Source: the human T2T-CHM13v2.0 reference genome, Homo sapiens. Taken from it: DNA of 64,000 nt. Shown here in pieces: positions 43,131 to 58,853 of the stretch (the first letter of the stretch is position 1; each line of letters begins with the position of its first letter). The stretch lies in the NCBI RefSeq assembly GCF_009914755.1, contig NC_060946.1; one strand, 5' to 3'. Under the pieces are notes generated by a model. It saw only the letters and a list, made by a program, of their open reading frames with translations. It was not told the DNA's origin and did no database searches. Made by a program: the position numbers and the translations under genes.

Positions 43131-44389
43131 CACATTGTTGGGTGGTGGGCATGCTGTGATAGGAGTTCCCCTCTAGGTGAGGGGGTCCCATATGAGGACA
43201 GCAAGGAGGAGCTGGGCCCCCTGCCATAAAACTAGAATGGTCCAGAGACAGAGAATGAGCAAGTGGGTGGGAGAATTGTCTCAGCTATTCATCAGCAGTA
43301 AGTGGCCCCAAGGACCTGCTGCATGCCAGCCTCCTTGCTGGATCAACAGAGACACTGAGAGGTGGGCTGAGTGCAGTTCTTTTCCTCCAGGGCGACCCAT
43401 CCTGCTGATGAGAAAGGATGCATCCACAGACATGTACAGTCTAACACAGGGGCTTGTGGGAAGTGCCTCGGGGCCCTAAGGGAATTTCCAGGAGGAGGGG
43501 AGCACCCCAAAGTCAGGGAAGGGGAGATTTCAGTGAAAGCCACCTCAATCAGATATCAGATGGCCCTGAGCAGTGAGGAAGGGAGTTGGGATTTTCTAGC
43601 CTGAGTCAGTGTCCCTCTGCCAGCCAGGGTCAGGGTAAAGGAGAGGCTGGGTCACCTCTCCAGGATGATGCCCCAGGTAGGTTCTCCTCAGGGCTGGTCA
43701 TCCCATCCTTGTCTCCTGTTCCTTCCCCTCCCCGTGGCTGCGGAGGCTCTGACGGAACATTTGAATCATTGGATGTCTGCTGAAAACCAGCGGCCCAAAG
43801 ATCCACATTCAGTTTCCTAAGGCAGCATTGCCACCTCCTATCCAGTCTCAGTGTTCCCCTTTCTCTTTCAAGAGGTGGCTATGAGGTCACCCCTTCCAGG
43901 AAGCCCTCCTGTCTGCCAAGCAGGAGTGCTTGGCTTCCTGTTAGTTCCCTTAGCCTCTGGACACATGTGGCCAACATTGAAATATTGGCTTATGAGGTCT
44001 GTCACTCCCAGGCATCCTGAGGGCAGGGCCACATAGTGTTTATCTCCAGGGGATGTTAATTTCTGTATCTGCACAGCCTGCACATAGTAGGTACTCAAGT
44101 AAGTGCTTGTTAAATAAGATGGAGCCAAAGGACTTGAGCCTAGAGGGATTTGGGGACAAAGTAAAGACTTCCTTGCCTCTCAGGAAGGCAGTGCATGGAA
44201 AGGATCTGTGCACTCACTCACTGGGAATCTTTGAGGAGAAGCTGCTCACCACTCCCGTCTCCCCCATTGCTTCCGCTGCCGCCTGCCTGAGATCAGGGCC
44301 TGGCCTCGTGGTTCTCCAGGATCCTTTAGTTCCACAAGTCCTGCAAGTACATTGTGTTTACTCCTGGAAACATGAGTAACCTGCAACCT

Positions 44390-44950
<561 letters not shown>

Positions 44951-45224
44951 CAGCCTGTGTTTTGAGCGTTCCACGGCTGCTGGAAGACCTGTTGTCTGCT
45001 GAAATCTTCATATTAACCACTCTTCTGATTTAAGTACCTCCCCTCCAAACAACATTACCAGGGTGGTTAATGTGCAAATAGAGATGGTGATTTGCTGCTG
45101 ACCTTGTGCAAACATTAATAATTCACACAAGCACCTCTCGTTTATAATTAGAGCAGGCTGGAACACAGCACCATGTGACTTGCGTTCTTATCAGTAGGCC
45201 TTTACCTGGGCAGCGAGGGCCCAG

Positions 45225-45286
45225 CTTTCTGGCTGGCTCTGTCCCTCATCCTCCACTTTCTGGCTGGCTCTGTCCCTCATCCTCCA
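45225..45286. repeat. perfect 31-bp tandem duplication
   Basis: CTTTCTGGCTGGCTCTGTCCCTCATCCTCCA at 45225-45255 and 45256-45286. Confidence 0.95.
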
Positions 45287-45354
45287 TTGTGCTGCTTGTG
45301 AAACTGTGTTCTGAGTGACCCATCTCATGGCTCTCTCTGTGTTCTTGTTTGCAG

Positions 45355-45374
45355 GATGATGATGGGCCGGTTCG
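45355..45374 (+). CDS. PARVB: beta-parvin exon 8, 20-bp micro-exon (MMMGRF)
   Basis: ttcttgtttgcag|GATGATGATGGGCCGGTTCG|gtaagt; needed to join phase-2 exon 7 to phase-1 exon 9 (TTTEMMMGRFERDAF). Confidence 0.95.
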
Positions 45375-46457
45375 GTAAGTAACCCCAGGGAAAGTGGGGA
45401 GATGGAGGCATGTTAGGGCTCCCCCAGGAAGCTCCCAGAGAGTGTACATGGTTATCTGGAGGGAGTGGGAAACTAGATGGGTCTCACTGCCCCCATAGTT
45501 CTGGAATCCTAGAGAAAGTGCACAGCCCACCCCCACCTTTCTGTATAATGGGCTTGTTTCTCAGAGCTGAGAGTGGCTGGGTTGTGCTAGGAGGAGTGGG
45601 GTGGAAGGCTGGGTGACCAGCTAGGGGAGCAGGAGGGGCCTGGGATGTAACACTGGCTGGAACTGTCAGGGGCTGGAGCAAGAGTGGTTGAGGGTAAAAG
45701 GGAGGGAGGAGAGGCAGCCAGCACATGGAGCGTCGTTAGCTGGCTGGAAGAGAGTGGCTCAGCTCTGTGGATGTCCTTCCATGTGTATTATTTCCTCCTG
45801 GAAACCACTGGTTTAGCAGACTTCCTTAGAGTCAGGCAGCCAGGGCTCATTCCTGGCTGGTGGCTTGTGGCCTGCCCCTTCCTCTCTCTGCTCCTCATCC
45901 GTGAAATGGGAGTGTAAAAGGCTCTCCCCAGGCAGGGGCTGCTGTGAGTATTGGGTGAGATCACAGGTGAGTGCCCTGCTTGGCCGGGGGACAGCCCTCT
46001 ATGTGGGCTGGTTTTATTAGTGTTGGTTTTCAGTGGCTCTTCCCAAAGAGAGAGAGGTAATCACTCTCTCTTCCCTCATGAAAGCCTGAGACCTCATCTT
46101 CATCTCGGTGAGGGATGGTAACGTTTCAACCCTCAGTACCAGGATACCCCGGCCCTCGGCCTGGCCAGCCTCAGTGCTTTGGGAAGCATTTCAAAAGAGA
46201 AACCTCTTGACCCCCAGATACCCTGTTCTCCAGTGAGCAGGGAGGGGAGAACAGCTCTTAAAAGGAAAAATGGAAACCAGATAGAAGTCTCCCACCTGCC
46301 TCTCTAGCGGAGCTGATATCTGTCTTTTGGGGGCCCTCTGGGTGGGGGTGCCACCCCCTGAGTCCTATACAATGAGGGCTGGGCCAGCTTGGCCATGGGG
46401 CTCTGTAACCTCAAGTTATTATGGGGACCAGCTAGGATGCCATTGCTGCTTATCTAT

Positions 46458-46897
46458 TGTATTAGGGTTCTCTAGAGGGACAGAACTAATACGATAGATA
46501 GATATATATAAAGGGGAGTTTACTAAGGGTATTAACTCACACGATCACAAGGTCCCACAATAGTCCTTCTGCAAGCTGAGGAGCAGGGAAGCCAGTTTGA
46601 GTCCCAAAGCTGTAGAACCTGGAGTTTGATGTTCGAAGGCAGGAAGCATCCAGTATGGGAGAAAGATGGAGGCTGGGAGACTAAGCCAGTCTAGTCTTTT
46701 CATGTTCTTCTGCCTGCTTTTTATTTTGGCTGTGCTGGCAGCTGATTAGGTGGTGCCCACCTGGATTAAGGGTGGTCTGCCTTTTCCAGTCCACAGATTC
46801 AGATGTTAATCTCCTTTGGCAACACCCTCACAGACACACCCAGGAACCACGCCTTGCACCCTTCAATCCAATCAAGCTGACAGTATTAACCATCACG
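46458..46897 (-). mobile_element. MLT2A-like (HERV-L) solo LTR
   Basis: tgtattagggttctctagagggacagaactaat ... cttcaatccaatcaagctgacagtattaaccatcac. Confidence 0.85.
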
Positions 46898-47326
46898 CCT
46901 GTGGAGAGGGGAAGTGGCTCAGATCCTGCGGGGCTTGAATTGAGAAGATGCAGCCAGCGTGTCCCCCCTAGGCTTTCTTTACTAGACCTTAAGCTGTGCT
47001 GGGAACATTCACAGGCCTTCTCTGTTTTTTGTTTGTTTGTTTGTTTGTTTTTAAGGAGAATTCCAGCTCTTTTAAATTGTCTCTATTATTAAAAAACAAA
47101 TGCAGGAAGAGAAAGAGAAACATCCTGTATATAGTTGCTGAGGGAGGCGAAACCGCAGTGGGGTCACAGCTCATGGGACCGGGGTGAGGCGTCTCCCCAC
47201 CCTGCGTCTAGGTAGAGGCGCGTTTTGGGGGCCCAGTGCCCCCCTCTGTCACCTCCTCTCCATCTTTTCTTCCTGGAGGAGGCTCAGAACCCCTTTGGAA
47301 TTGTAGAGGCCTAAAGATGAGGAGAG

Positions 47327-47649
<323 letters not shown>

Positions 47650-49735
47650 TCAAGCATTTTTGAGTCTTTTTGTTTTTTTTGTGGCGCTGTCACTTTTGTG
47701 TTTGGTTCAGGCCTTGTTGGAGGTTTAGGGAAAAGACAGTCTGTTCAGTTCAGTTGGGAGCACATGGGCCTCAGGCTGTGTATAGCACCCTGTGGCCCGA
47801 GGGCCCAGAAGCCTGGCCCCGGAGCCCCTGCCACCCCATGAATGAGCTTTAGGGTCTGATGGCTGGGGCAGTGGCTCCCTAGGTAAGAGCCAGGTGTCAC
47901 ATGTGAAAAGTGGACCCAGCTGCCACTCCAGGGGTGGGAGGACTGTGGAATCGCAAGACCATGTACAAGAGGCCGATGGAATTGTTCTCGTTACTTTGTA
48001 GGCTTTATGTGCTGTGCTTGAGAAAATGCAAACAGGCTATTAGTCGGTGACAGGCAATTAGTTCCACCCCCGGCCTTGCTGCTTCTGCTGACGCAGGTTC
48101 CGAAGTCTCCTGGTTACCCAGCCTGGCACCCTCAGGCACAGCAGGGTGTCTGGCCCGGCACCCGCCCCTGTGGGGGCAGCAGCACGCCTTGTCTTCGCTT
48201 CCCTGCCATGCCATTCCCCTCCTTCAGCCCCCGAGAGCACCCCAGGGTGCTCCCTCCTCCAGCAACCTTCACCTGAATGCTCTCCCTCTAGATTACCCCA
48301 TGGCTCACTCTTTCAGCTCTGCCAGCTCTTGGTTCAAATGTCACTGATCAGGGAGGCCCTCTCTGACTCCACTGCCCCAAACTGGCCTCCACTGGCTCTC
48401 CTCCCCACCCCTGCCTTAGTTCTTTCTGTACTCATGTGACACACCAAGCAGCACTCAGCTCATGGGGATGGCCTGGCTCCTCTTCCCTGTGCCAGTGTTT
48501 ACACAACGAAGCTTGCACGTGTCTGGCAGACACTGGTGCCAGCAAACTTTCAGGGGCACCCACAGCCCCTGCCTTTCTCCTTTCACACATGGCTCCTTGA
48601 CCCAGAGGTGCTCTGTGGGCTGGAGCTGACCCTTCCTCGGGGTGCACCCCACCCCCTGCCAAAGCAGCCAGCCCTGGCCACAGTCTGCACGCAGCTGGGG
48701 GCAGATGTTTTAGGAGCTTCTGGAAGGCCGGGCAGACCCTCCTTGGCTAATGTGCTGGGCTTTGCCAGGAGTGGTCTTCTGGGCCTCAGTTTCCCCACGA
48801 GTACCCTGAGCCAGGGAGGGATGGGGACTCCATTCTGCCCACTCCCCATCATTCCGGGGAGGGAGGTGGCTCCACAGGTCCTCGCTGCCTCCTGACAGCA
48901 TCACTGTCCTGGATGAGGTGGGTGAGGAGGCTTCTCTCCACGGAAACAAGTCTCAGGGGTTCCAGGGAGGTTGCAGCCTGGTCTCCATGGCAATGGGTGA
49001 GCTGGTGCGGCTTCTCCGCGGGCGGCCCTTCCCCCTCCTGGGCCTGCCCTGGGCTGGAGGCTCTTTCTGAGGCAGAGGGGAAAGAAGGGGGATGTGCCTT
49101 CCTCACTCTCTTCCCCCTCATTGTAACTCCTAGTAATTCCCCTTCACGTCTCTCCCATTTCTGCCAACAGGGCTTGTTCCAAAACCTCTGGCTCCATCCC
49201 ATCACCCGTGGCTCCTGACTGTGCCCTCCATAACTCCCACGTTGCAGGCCACAGCCCCTGTTAACCCCTCTCACAGTCCACCCGGCTCTTGAACCTGCGC
49301 TGGGCTTTCTGGCATCTCTCTCTCCTTGTGCCTGCTGGTCCCTCGGTGGAGCGCCTTTCCTCCTCCTCTTGCCCCAGCAAGCCTGGCTTGAACCCCAGGA
49401 CTGCTTTGTGAAGCCTTCCTCAGGTCCCCCCAGCCCTTGGTTCATGGGTCCCAGACTCAGGTGTCTCCAGGGACCAGGCTGATAATATAAAAGAGGAGAG
49501 TGTCTAGATTATGCAATGATAATGTCATCTGCCCCTTCACCCCAGGGCTGGGTGGCAGTGGGGAGTGGTGGGGTCTGGCGCAAGCTGGAGAGTCCACACC
49601 CCCATCCCCAGGGGCAGCTTATTGCTGCCAGGTGGGAGTGCAGGCTCACTGTTGCCACAGCCTCCAGTTCTTCAAGAGAAGCCAGAAGTTAAGAACTTTT
49701 GGACAAACTTTCCAATTTAAGAACTGTTCGCTCTC

Positions 49736-50076
<341 letters not shown>

Positions 50077-51290
50077 TCAAAACATTACAGCGACCAAGCT
50101 GAGCATTCCTGCAGATTGAGCTTGGGCAGCCCTGGCATATGGTCAGGTCGGTTGGCCCCCGTCTGGCTTCGTCTTTTCTGACACTAACAGGGTTGCACTA
50201 TCATAGTTTACTCCCTCTCCAGGCCCTCCCCCAAGTCTGTGCCTCTTCCAAGAGAGGAGTCCCTCCTTGTTTATCTCTGTGATGTCCCCAGAGCCTGCGG
50301 AGGCTCTGGGGGACAGGACGAGCGGGAGCTGTAAGGACTGAGGACCGACAATGCTCCTGCCAGGCTCCATGCTCCTGCCTCTACTCACTGCCCCACTTAG
50401 TTCCACACCAAGAGCGAGGCAGGGGCTGTGAGAATGCTGCCTTTATGGAGGAAGAAAGGGGGTCGGAGAGGGAAGGATTTGCCCAGTCATGGGGTGTGAA
50501 GTGGGGCAGCTAGAACAAAATAGGATTTATTTTCGTTCCCAAGGCCAAGCACATCACAGGGGTGCAGTATGCTCTCTCTGTCTCTCTCTCTCCCCTAGGT
50601 CAGGGTGGTCCCTGGGGAGGCCCCTGGGTTACCCCAAGACAGGTGGGAGGAGCTTCCTACCCGACCCTCTTCCTGTCAACCTGGGCTCTGCGGCTCCCAG
50701 GGCTGCTCCTTGTATTGGGGCCCCAGCCTGGCTGGTAACAGAGGGTCCCTCCACTGGGCTCAGTCTTCTGAGCATGCTCTGCCCCCAGGAACCTGGAGGA
50801 TGGAAGTTGGGGGCCCTGGGTCCCTTCCAAATGCCCTTGGGTCCTGTGCCTGGTCCCCAGTGCCCATTTTCAGAGCCCCTGGCCCCTCCCTGCCTTGTGG
50901 ACTGTGTGACGTGATGCCAGTCCCCTGGGTCCAGGGGCATGGCAGCCGGCGGAGAGGCCTCTGCGGCCCCGATGTCTCCTTGAGTGGCTTGACTCTGCCA
51001 GCCCAGCGGTGGCCCAGCTAAATATACCCTGGCTGACGTCAAGCACTCTTCTGCTCCTGGGGTTTTTCTTAAGCTGCATTTATAGTTTGCGTATTGCTTT
51101 GTAAAGATGTAAAAATTTCACTTTTTTTTTTTGTTTTGCCCCTTAGCAGACTGTCTTATTGAGTGTAGTCTTAGATGATTATGAAAATCATTTACAGCTG
51201 CCGCATTAGGAAGCTGGCGTGTGTGCAGAGGCAGGGCATTTTGGTCAATGTTGGTCTTTAGGTGAAGAAAACTTCCCTCCCTTCCCCCAG

Positions 51291-51689
51291 TCACGCACAT
51301 GCTCACACACGCACACATGCGCTCACACAGGCACACACACGCTCACACGTGCTCACACATGCACACACGTGCTCACACGTGTACACACGCTCACACCGCA
51401 CACACGCACACCCGTGCTCACACGCACACATGCTCACACATGGACACACGCTCACACACGCGCTCACACGTACACACGCTCACAGCACACACACATGTTC
51501 ACACACACCCTCACACGCACACACGTGCTCACACACGCACACATGTGCTCACATGCACACACGTGCACACAGGTGCTCACACACACACATGCACACACGT
51601 GCTCGCACACGCACACATGCTCACACACGCAAACACGTGCCCACAATGCACACACATGCTCACACGCGCACACACACGTACACATACAC
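51291..51689. repeat. degenerate (CA)-rich repeat, about 400 bp
   Basis: cacgcacatgctcacacacgcacacatg...; alternating purine-pyrimidine. Confidence 0.95.
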
Positions 51690-53088
51690 TTTCCTTCTCT
51701 CCTTTCCTCTTTGTTTCTCACCACCTCCACGAGGCCACGGAAGGGGCTACTTGGGCTGGGCTGGGCAGGGGGGTGTGAGCTGCCTCCTGGGGCCCAGCCT
51801 GGGAGGAAGGGTCAGCATGCTTCCTCTGGGAGGAGGCTTGGCCAACTTCTCTCCGTAGGTCTCTGGCTTACCTGGGCCTAATCCCTTCTTTCTTTTTCTG
51901 GGCTCTCTTTGTCTCTCTCCTAGGCCAGGGCGGTCCCTGAGGAGGCTCCCCTAGGCCACCCACTAGACGGGTGGGAGGAGCTTCCTACCCCACTCTCTCC
52001 CTGTCAAGCTGGGCTCCGCAGCTCCCAGGGCTGCTCCTTGGGTTGGGGCCCCAGCCTGGCTGGTAAAAGAGGGTCTCTCTGCTGGGCTTGGTCCTCTGAA
52101 CATGCTCTGCCTCCAGGAACCTGGAGGATGGAAGTTGGGGGGCCCTGGGCCCCTTCCAAATGCCCTCCTCCCTGTCTTTTCTGCCCTGGCAGTGATGCCC
52201 CACAGCTCTGTGTCTACCTGAAGACCTCAGCCCTCTGCTTGGGGTCCAAGTCTCTGTTCCATATGCCCCTATGGAACTCCCCCCTCCATGGCAGCAGGAG
52301 CAAAGGCTCTGAGGCAAGTGTGCACCAGTGTCAGCAGGAGCAGCTGGGAGGCCGGTTGGTGGAGTGAAGTCAGGGAGGGTGCATGTAGGAGGATAACGCT
52401 GAGTCTGAGTGTCCCATGGCACGTGGGAGAGAGGATGGATTTTATCTGAGTGTCCCATGGCTCGCAGGAGAGAAGATAGATTTTATTCTAAGCATGATAA
52501 GAAGCAGTTGGAGGGTTTTAGTTGTGGTGGGAGTGGAGGGGGGAAACAAATGATCCTGTTTGCACTTGGAAGGGCTCACTCTGCCTGCTGGGGAGAAGGG
52601 CTCAGGGGCCAGGAGTGGAGTAGGAGGCTGCAGCTGCTCCCAGGCGAGGGGCAGTGAGGCGTGAGCAGGACATGGCCACCGTCACGGGGGAAGTGGTTGG
52701 ATTCACAGGTGACATTTGCCAGTAGACAAGGAGTGTGGGAACAGGGAGAATTCAGGACGCCTCAAGTCCTAGGACGTGGCAGGGGCAGATGCCAGATGCC
52801 ATCTATGTGTTTCATATGAGAAGGTAAAAAGCAGGTGGAAGGGACCCTCTGCAGCCTCTAGTCCACGCTGTTCTGGTTGTTCCCAAGCGCTCTTGCTCGC
52901 CTTGGTTTGGCCGGGACTGATCATCAGGGTCAGCCCTTTCATTCTGGTAGGAATTGGAAGGATTCTAGGCAGGTGTGGGAGTTGAGGCTGAACCTCCTGA
53001 GGGATCAGAAGCTGGCAGGGCCCTGGATTAGGGCAGCACCACGGGTTTCCATAAACGCTCCTTCGTGTCTCTCTTTGCATGTCCTCAG

Positions 53089-53150
53089 AGCGGGATGCCT
53101 TCGACACGCTGTTCGACCACGCCCCGGATAAGCTCAGCGTGGTGAAGAAG
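53089..53150 (+). CDS. PARVB: beta-parvin exon 9 (62 bp; ERDAFDTLFDHAPDKLSVVKK)
   Basis: tttgcatgtcctcag|AG ... AAG|gtgagc; conserved parvin motif RDAFDTLFDHAPDKL. Confidence 0.97.
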
Positions 53151-55103
53151 GTGAGCTATTGGTGGGATGTTGGATGTGCTCTCCCCTGGCTCGCGGCTTT
53201 TTGACAGCACAAACGCCCCGCTGGGAAGAAGGTGGGAAAATGTTTGGAATCTCAGAAATGTTTGCCACATGGATTGAAATGTAATTACAGTCAAAAACCT
53301 AACCACAGTGCATAAAATCAGCGCCTTTTAACTCAACCTCCCTGCTCCCTGGGTGTCTTCCTGCCCGCCCGCTCCGCTTCTGTTAAGTGAATTACCCAGC
53401 CCCCATTTCTTTCTGACTCGAGACCTTTTTTCAATGTGGAAATGTTTTTAAGCATGTCAGCCTGCTGCTCTCGCTGGCCTCATTTACCATCTACAGCCTG
53501 CCCAGTAAACACGCAGGCCTGTGCGGCTGAGCTGTGCCATACATGGATTTGGCCCGTTTCCCTCCAGACAGAGAATGGGCCCTCACTAGCCCAGGCAGCC
53601 TGCTGGTCAATCTGTGGATGGAAAAATCTCCGAGGCTCTGGAGTTGGGGGCTGGGTGTGATCAGCTTCTGGGGGATCTGCCAGGGAGGCTTGTTCCTGTC
53701 AAAAGGAACTGGAGCCCACTGGCTGCTCATTAACTTATCCGAGTGCCTGCAGGCATCCCATTCAGGAGGCTGCTGCATCCCTCCTTCCCATAACATCGGA
53801 GGAGCGCTCATTTCAACCCATGGTGCAGGCAAGAGAGTTCTCCTTTGTCTAGGACAGCTTACCCAAACAGCTTTCTTAGTGCAAGACTTGTCAGAACCTT
53901 TAATAGGCTGACCTATACTGTACTTCTCCAAGAGGGAGCTTGGTAGGAAGCATTTTTCAAACTTGTTTGTTTATAGTGGGATTTATTTATCTATCAATTT
54001 TGGGGTAGGACGCATTGTATTTTAGTGGAACCCACTTTTGGAAAATGTTGGCCTGGGTTTGGACGATGAGATCATTCATTTTTGGAAGCATTTTGCAAAA
54101 GGCTGTTGGAACCGTGCTAATGGTCCTTCTGGGACAAAGCCTTCCTAGCACTCTTGGGTGGTGAGGGATATACTTGGAGCATCAGAGTCCCCCACCTCCA
54201 CCTCGTCACATGTGGCCCCCAGGGACCCTGACAGAACCGGTTCAGGGAATGAATCAAATCCAGCTTCCCCACTTATCAGCTGTGTGACTTCTGGCGAAGG
54301 GCGAGATTATACCCCCCAGCCTCAGTTTCCCCATCTGTCAAGTGGGGACAGAGATGTTACCCACCTCTCAGGGCACTGTGAGGATAAACTGGGATTCTCT
54401 CTGTGCATGGGCTTAGCCGGCAGCGTATAGTCACTGGTAGCATTGAGAATGGTGTGGCCTGAGATTGCTTTCATCTCTCGGTAGATACCATGTTAATTCA
54501 TTCTGCGAAAGACACATTTTCGGCACTGGAGCCACCAGCAAGGAAGAAGACAGAATCCTTTGATTTGCCTGGTAGCTTCCCACTCCAGCCTGTCCCTTCC
54601 TCACCTCCACATTGCAAGTTTAGGTGTCTGTAGCTCTCTGTGCCCCAGAATGAAGTCAGGGGCCCCTGCCCACCTCTGCAGGTTTCTCCCTGGGTCGTCC
54701 CCTCCTACTCCTCCCCATCCCACCCACATCCAGCCACAGCCTGAAGACCCCAAAGGGTTTGCAGATGTGTCTGGGTGCCCACTCGGCTCACTCTCACCTT
54801 GCACTGGCCCACCCTCAGGCCCAGCTCCAATGCTCCCTCTCCATGGTCTTAACGGGGGTCCGCACACCCGTTAATGGCTCATGAAATCTCCCCTGCATTG
54901 CGTGTTTCCCTGTAGTGCCCTATCTCTTGACTTCTCCGTCCCACCACTACACGCATATGGAGAATTACATCACAGGCCCTTTGGCGGGGGCCAGGGGTGG
55001 AGCTCTCTGACTGTGTTTGTGTCCTTAGCACCAAGCAGCATGCCTGGCACATAGTAGCTGCTCAGTAAATTTGAGCAGAATGGGTAAGAAATCATCATGG
55101 GCA

Positions 55104-55433
<330 letters not shown>

Positions 55434-55614
55434 TCATGGGCAGTGGTGGATGATATTGAGTTTCTATCAAAGTTGGCTTTGGTCACTGAGGAATTACAGG
55501 TGACAGGTTTTAAGCTTGTGCCGGAGAGAAGCCAGTGCCCCTTGGTACTTACATAATAGGGCTCAGAGAGATCACCCTGGGTGGATCTCCCCATGTATTG
55601 CAAATCGATAGGCA

Positions 55615-56307
<693 letters not shown>

Positions 56308-56717
56308 TCAAGGCAGCACTTTCCTCAGTCTTCTGAGTATGCCGTTTATTGTTCCAGGTCACACCTAAGATACATTTGCAAATGTAATGATCCTCCCCTG
56401 GCAGTTTCATCTTTCTTAAGAGCACAGGGTGCTCTCCAGTATGATTGTTAAATATGTCATGCGTGCATGGATTGGCATATGTGTGCATGGGTTGGTGAGC
56501 AGAGACGTGTAGCCAGGATAGATGTGGGCATTATGCCATGAAAACTAGGGGCTACTGTCAGGATATTGAGTTTGAAACATGGGCTTTTTATTTTAGCAAA
56601 CAGGAGATGATGAAAGCGTTTCACAGAGCTGGGGCTGGCAAATGTCAAGCCTGCCCCTCCAGATGGGACCTGCATGCGGGCCATTCATGGCTCCTGTGTC
56701 TCTTTTATTCTTGGCAG

Positions 56718-56786
56718 TCTCTCATCACTTTTGTGAACAAGCACCTGAACAAGCTGAATTTGGAGGTGACGGAACTGGAGACCCAG
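56718..56786 (+). CDS. PARVB: beta-parvin exon 10 (69 bp; SLITFVNKHLNKLNLEVTELETQ), CH2 domain
   Basis: ttttattcttggcag|TCT ... CAG|gtatgt. Confidence 0.97.
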
Positions 56787-56949
56787 GTATGTGCTGCTTT
56801 GGCTTGAAGGATCCTTTGTCCACCGCCATTTTCAGTCAGTGTTTTGATCCCAGGTGGGGCGCGTGAACAAAGCTGGCGCCATTTTGTTCATCTCACAAGG
56901 AACTCCCGTGGTGCAGGCAGAAATAACCACCGTGGCCTTCTCAGCCCCT

Positions 56950-57982
<1,033 letters not shown>

Positions 57983-58554
57983 TGATTTTCCCAGGATTAG
58001 CAGGGTGCTTGAATGCGGAGGTTTTTGAGCTCTTGGTACAGACATCCCTAATGCACAGCTGATCCTTCTTAAACCCCAAGGTGAATGCATTCATTCCCTT
58101 CTCTTTCTTTAACTTTCCTCATTTGCTTTTCTAATTAAAAAACTAATTCAGGTTCATTGTAGAAATGTCTGAAAATGCAGATAAGCAAAACAAATAAAAA
58201 TCACCCATAATCCCGTCACCCGGAGATGAATGCACAGAGGGTTTTGTTCAGGCCTTTTCTCTACACATATAGCGAGTCATGGACAGTGTGGGTCTGTATA
58301 TAAAAGCATCACGGTCTGTTTTTAATGTATATATTTATTTGTGTATCGTTGGCCAACACATTTCTTATTTTCCGCAGTTTACAAATGTTGCACATTTAGC
58401 CTCAGATTATTTTCTGTTTGAGACGTTAGCACCCCAGAAGCCACTGAGGTGAAAAGTAAAAATCTTCCTTTCTCTTTTTCTGGAGACCTCCCCCTTCAGA
58501 CTCTCCAGGGGCAGCTAACTGCAGTTCATGGTTGGATGTGTATTTTTCTAGATA

Positions 58555-58853
58555 TTTTCTTTTTCTTTCTTTCTTTTTTTTTGAGACAGAGTCTCATTCT
58601 GTCCCCCAGGCTGGAGTGCAGTGACACAATCTCAGCTCACTGCAACCTCCACCTCCTGGGTTCAAGCAATTCTCCTCCCTCAGCCTCCTGAGTAGCTGGG
58701 ACTACAGGTGCGCCTCACCATGCCTGGCTAATTTTTTTGTATTTTTAGTAGAGATGGGGTTTCACCATGTTGGTCAGGCTGGTCTCGAACTCCTGACCTT
58801 GTGATCCACCTGCCTCAGCCTCCCAAAGTGTTGGGATTACAGGTGTGAGCCAC
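58555..58853 (-). mobile_element. Alu (AluS-like)
   Basis: T-tail, gagacagagtctc ... aggtgtgagcc. Confidence 0.9.

Noticed and set aside
51219-51881. 220-aa, 198-aa and 159-aa His/Thr-rich ORFs
   Set aside because: Translations of the (CA)-rich repeat, open in several frames
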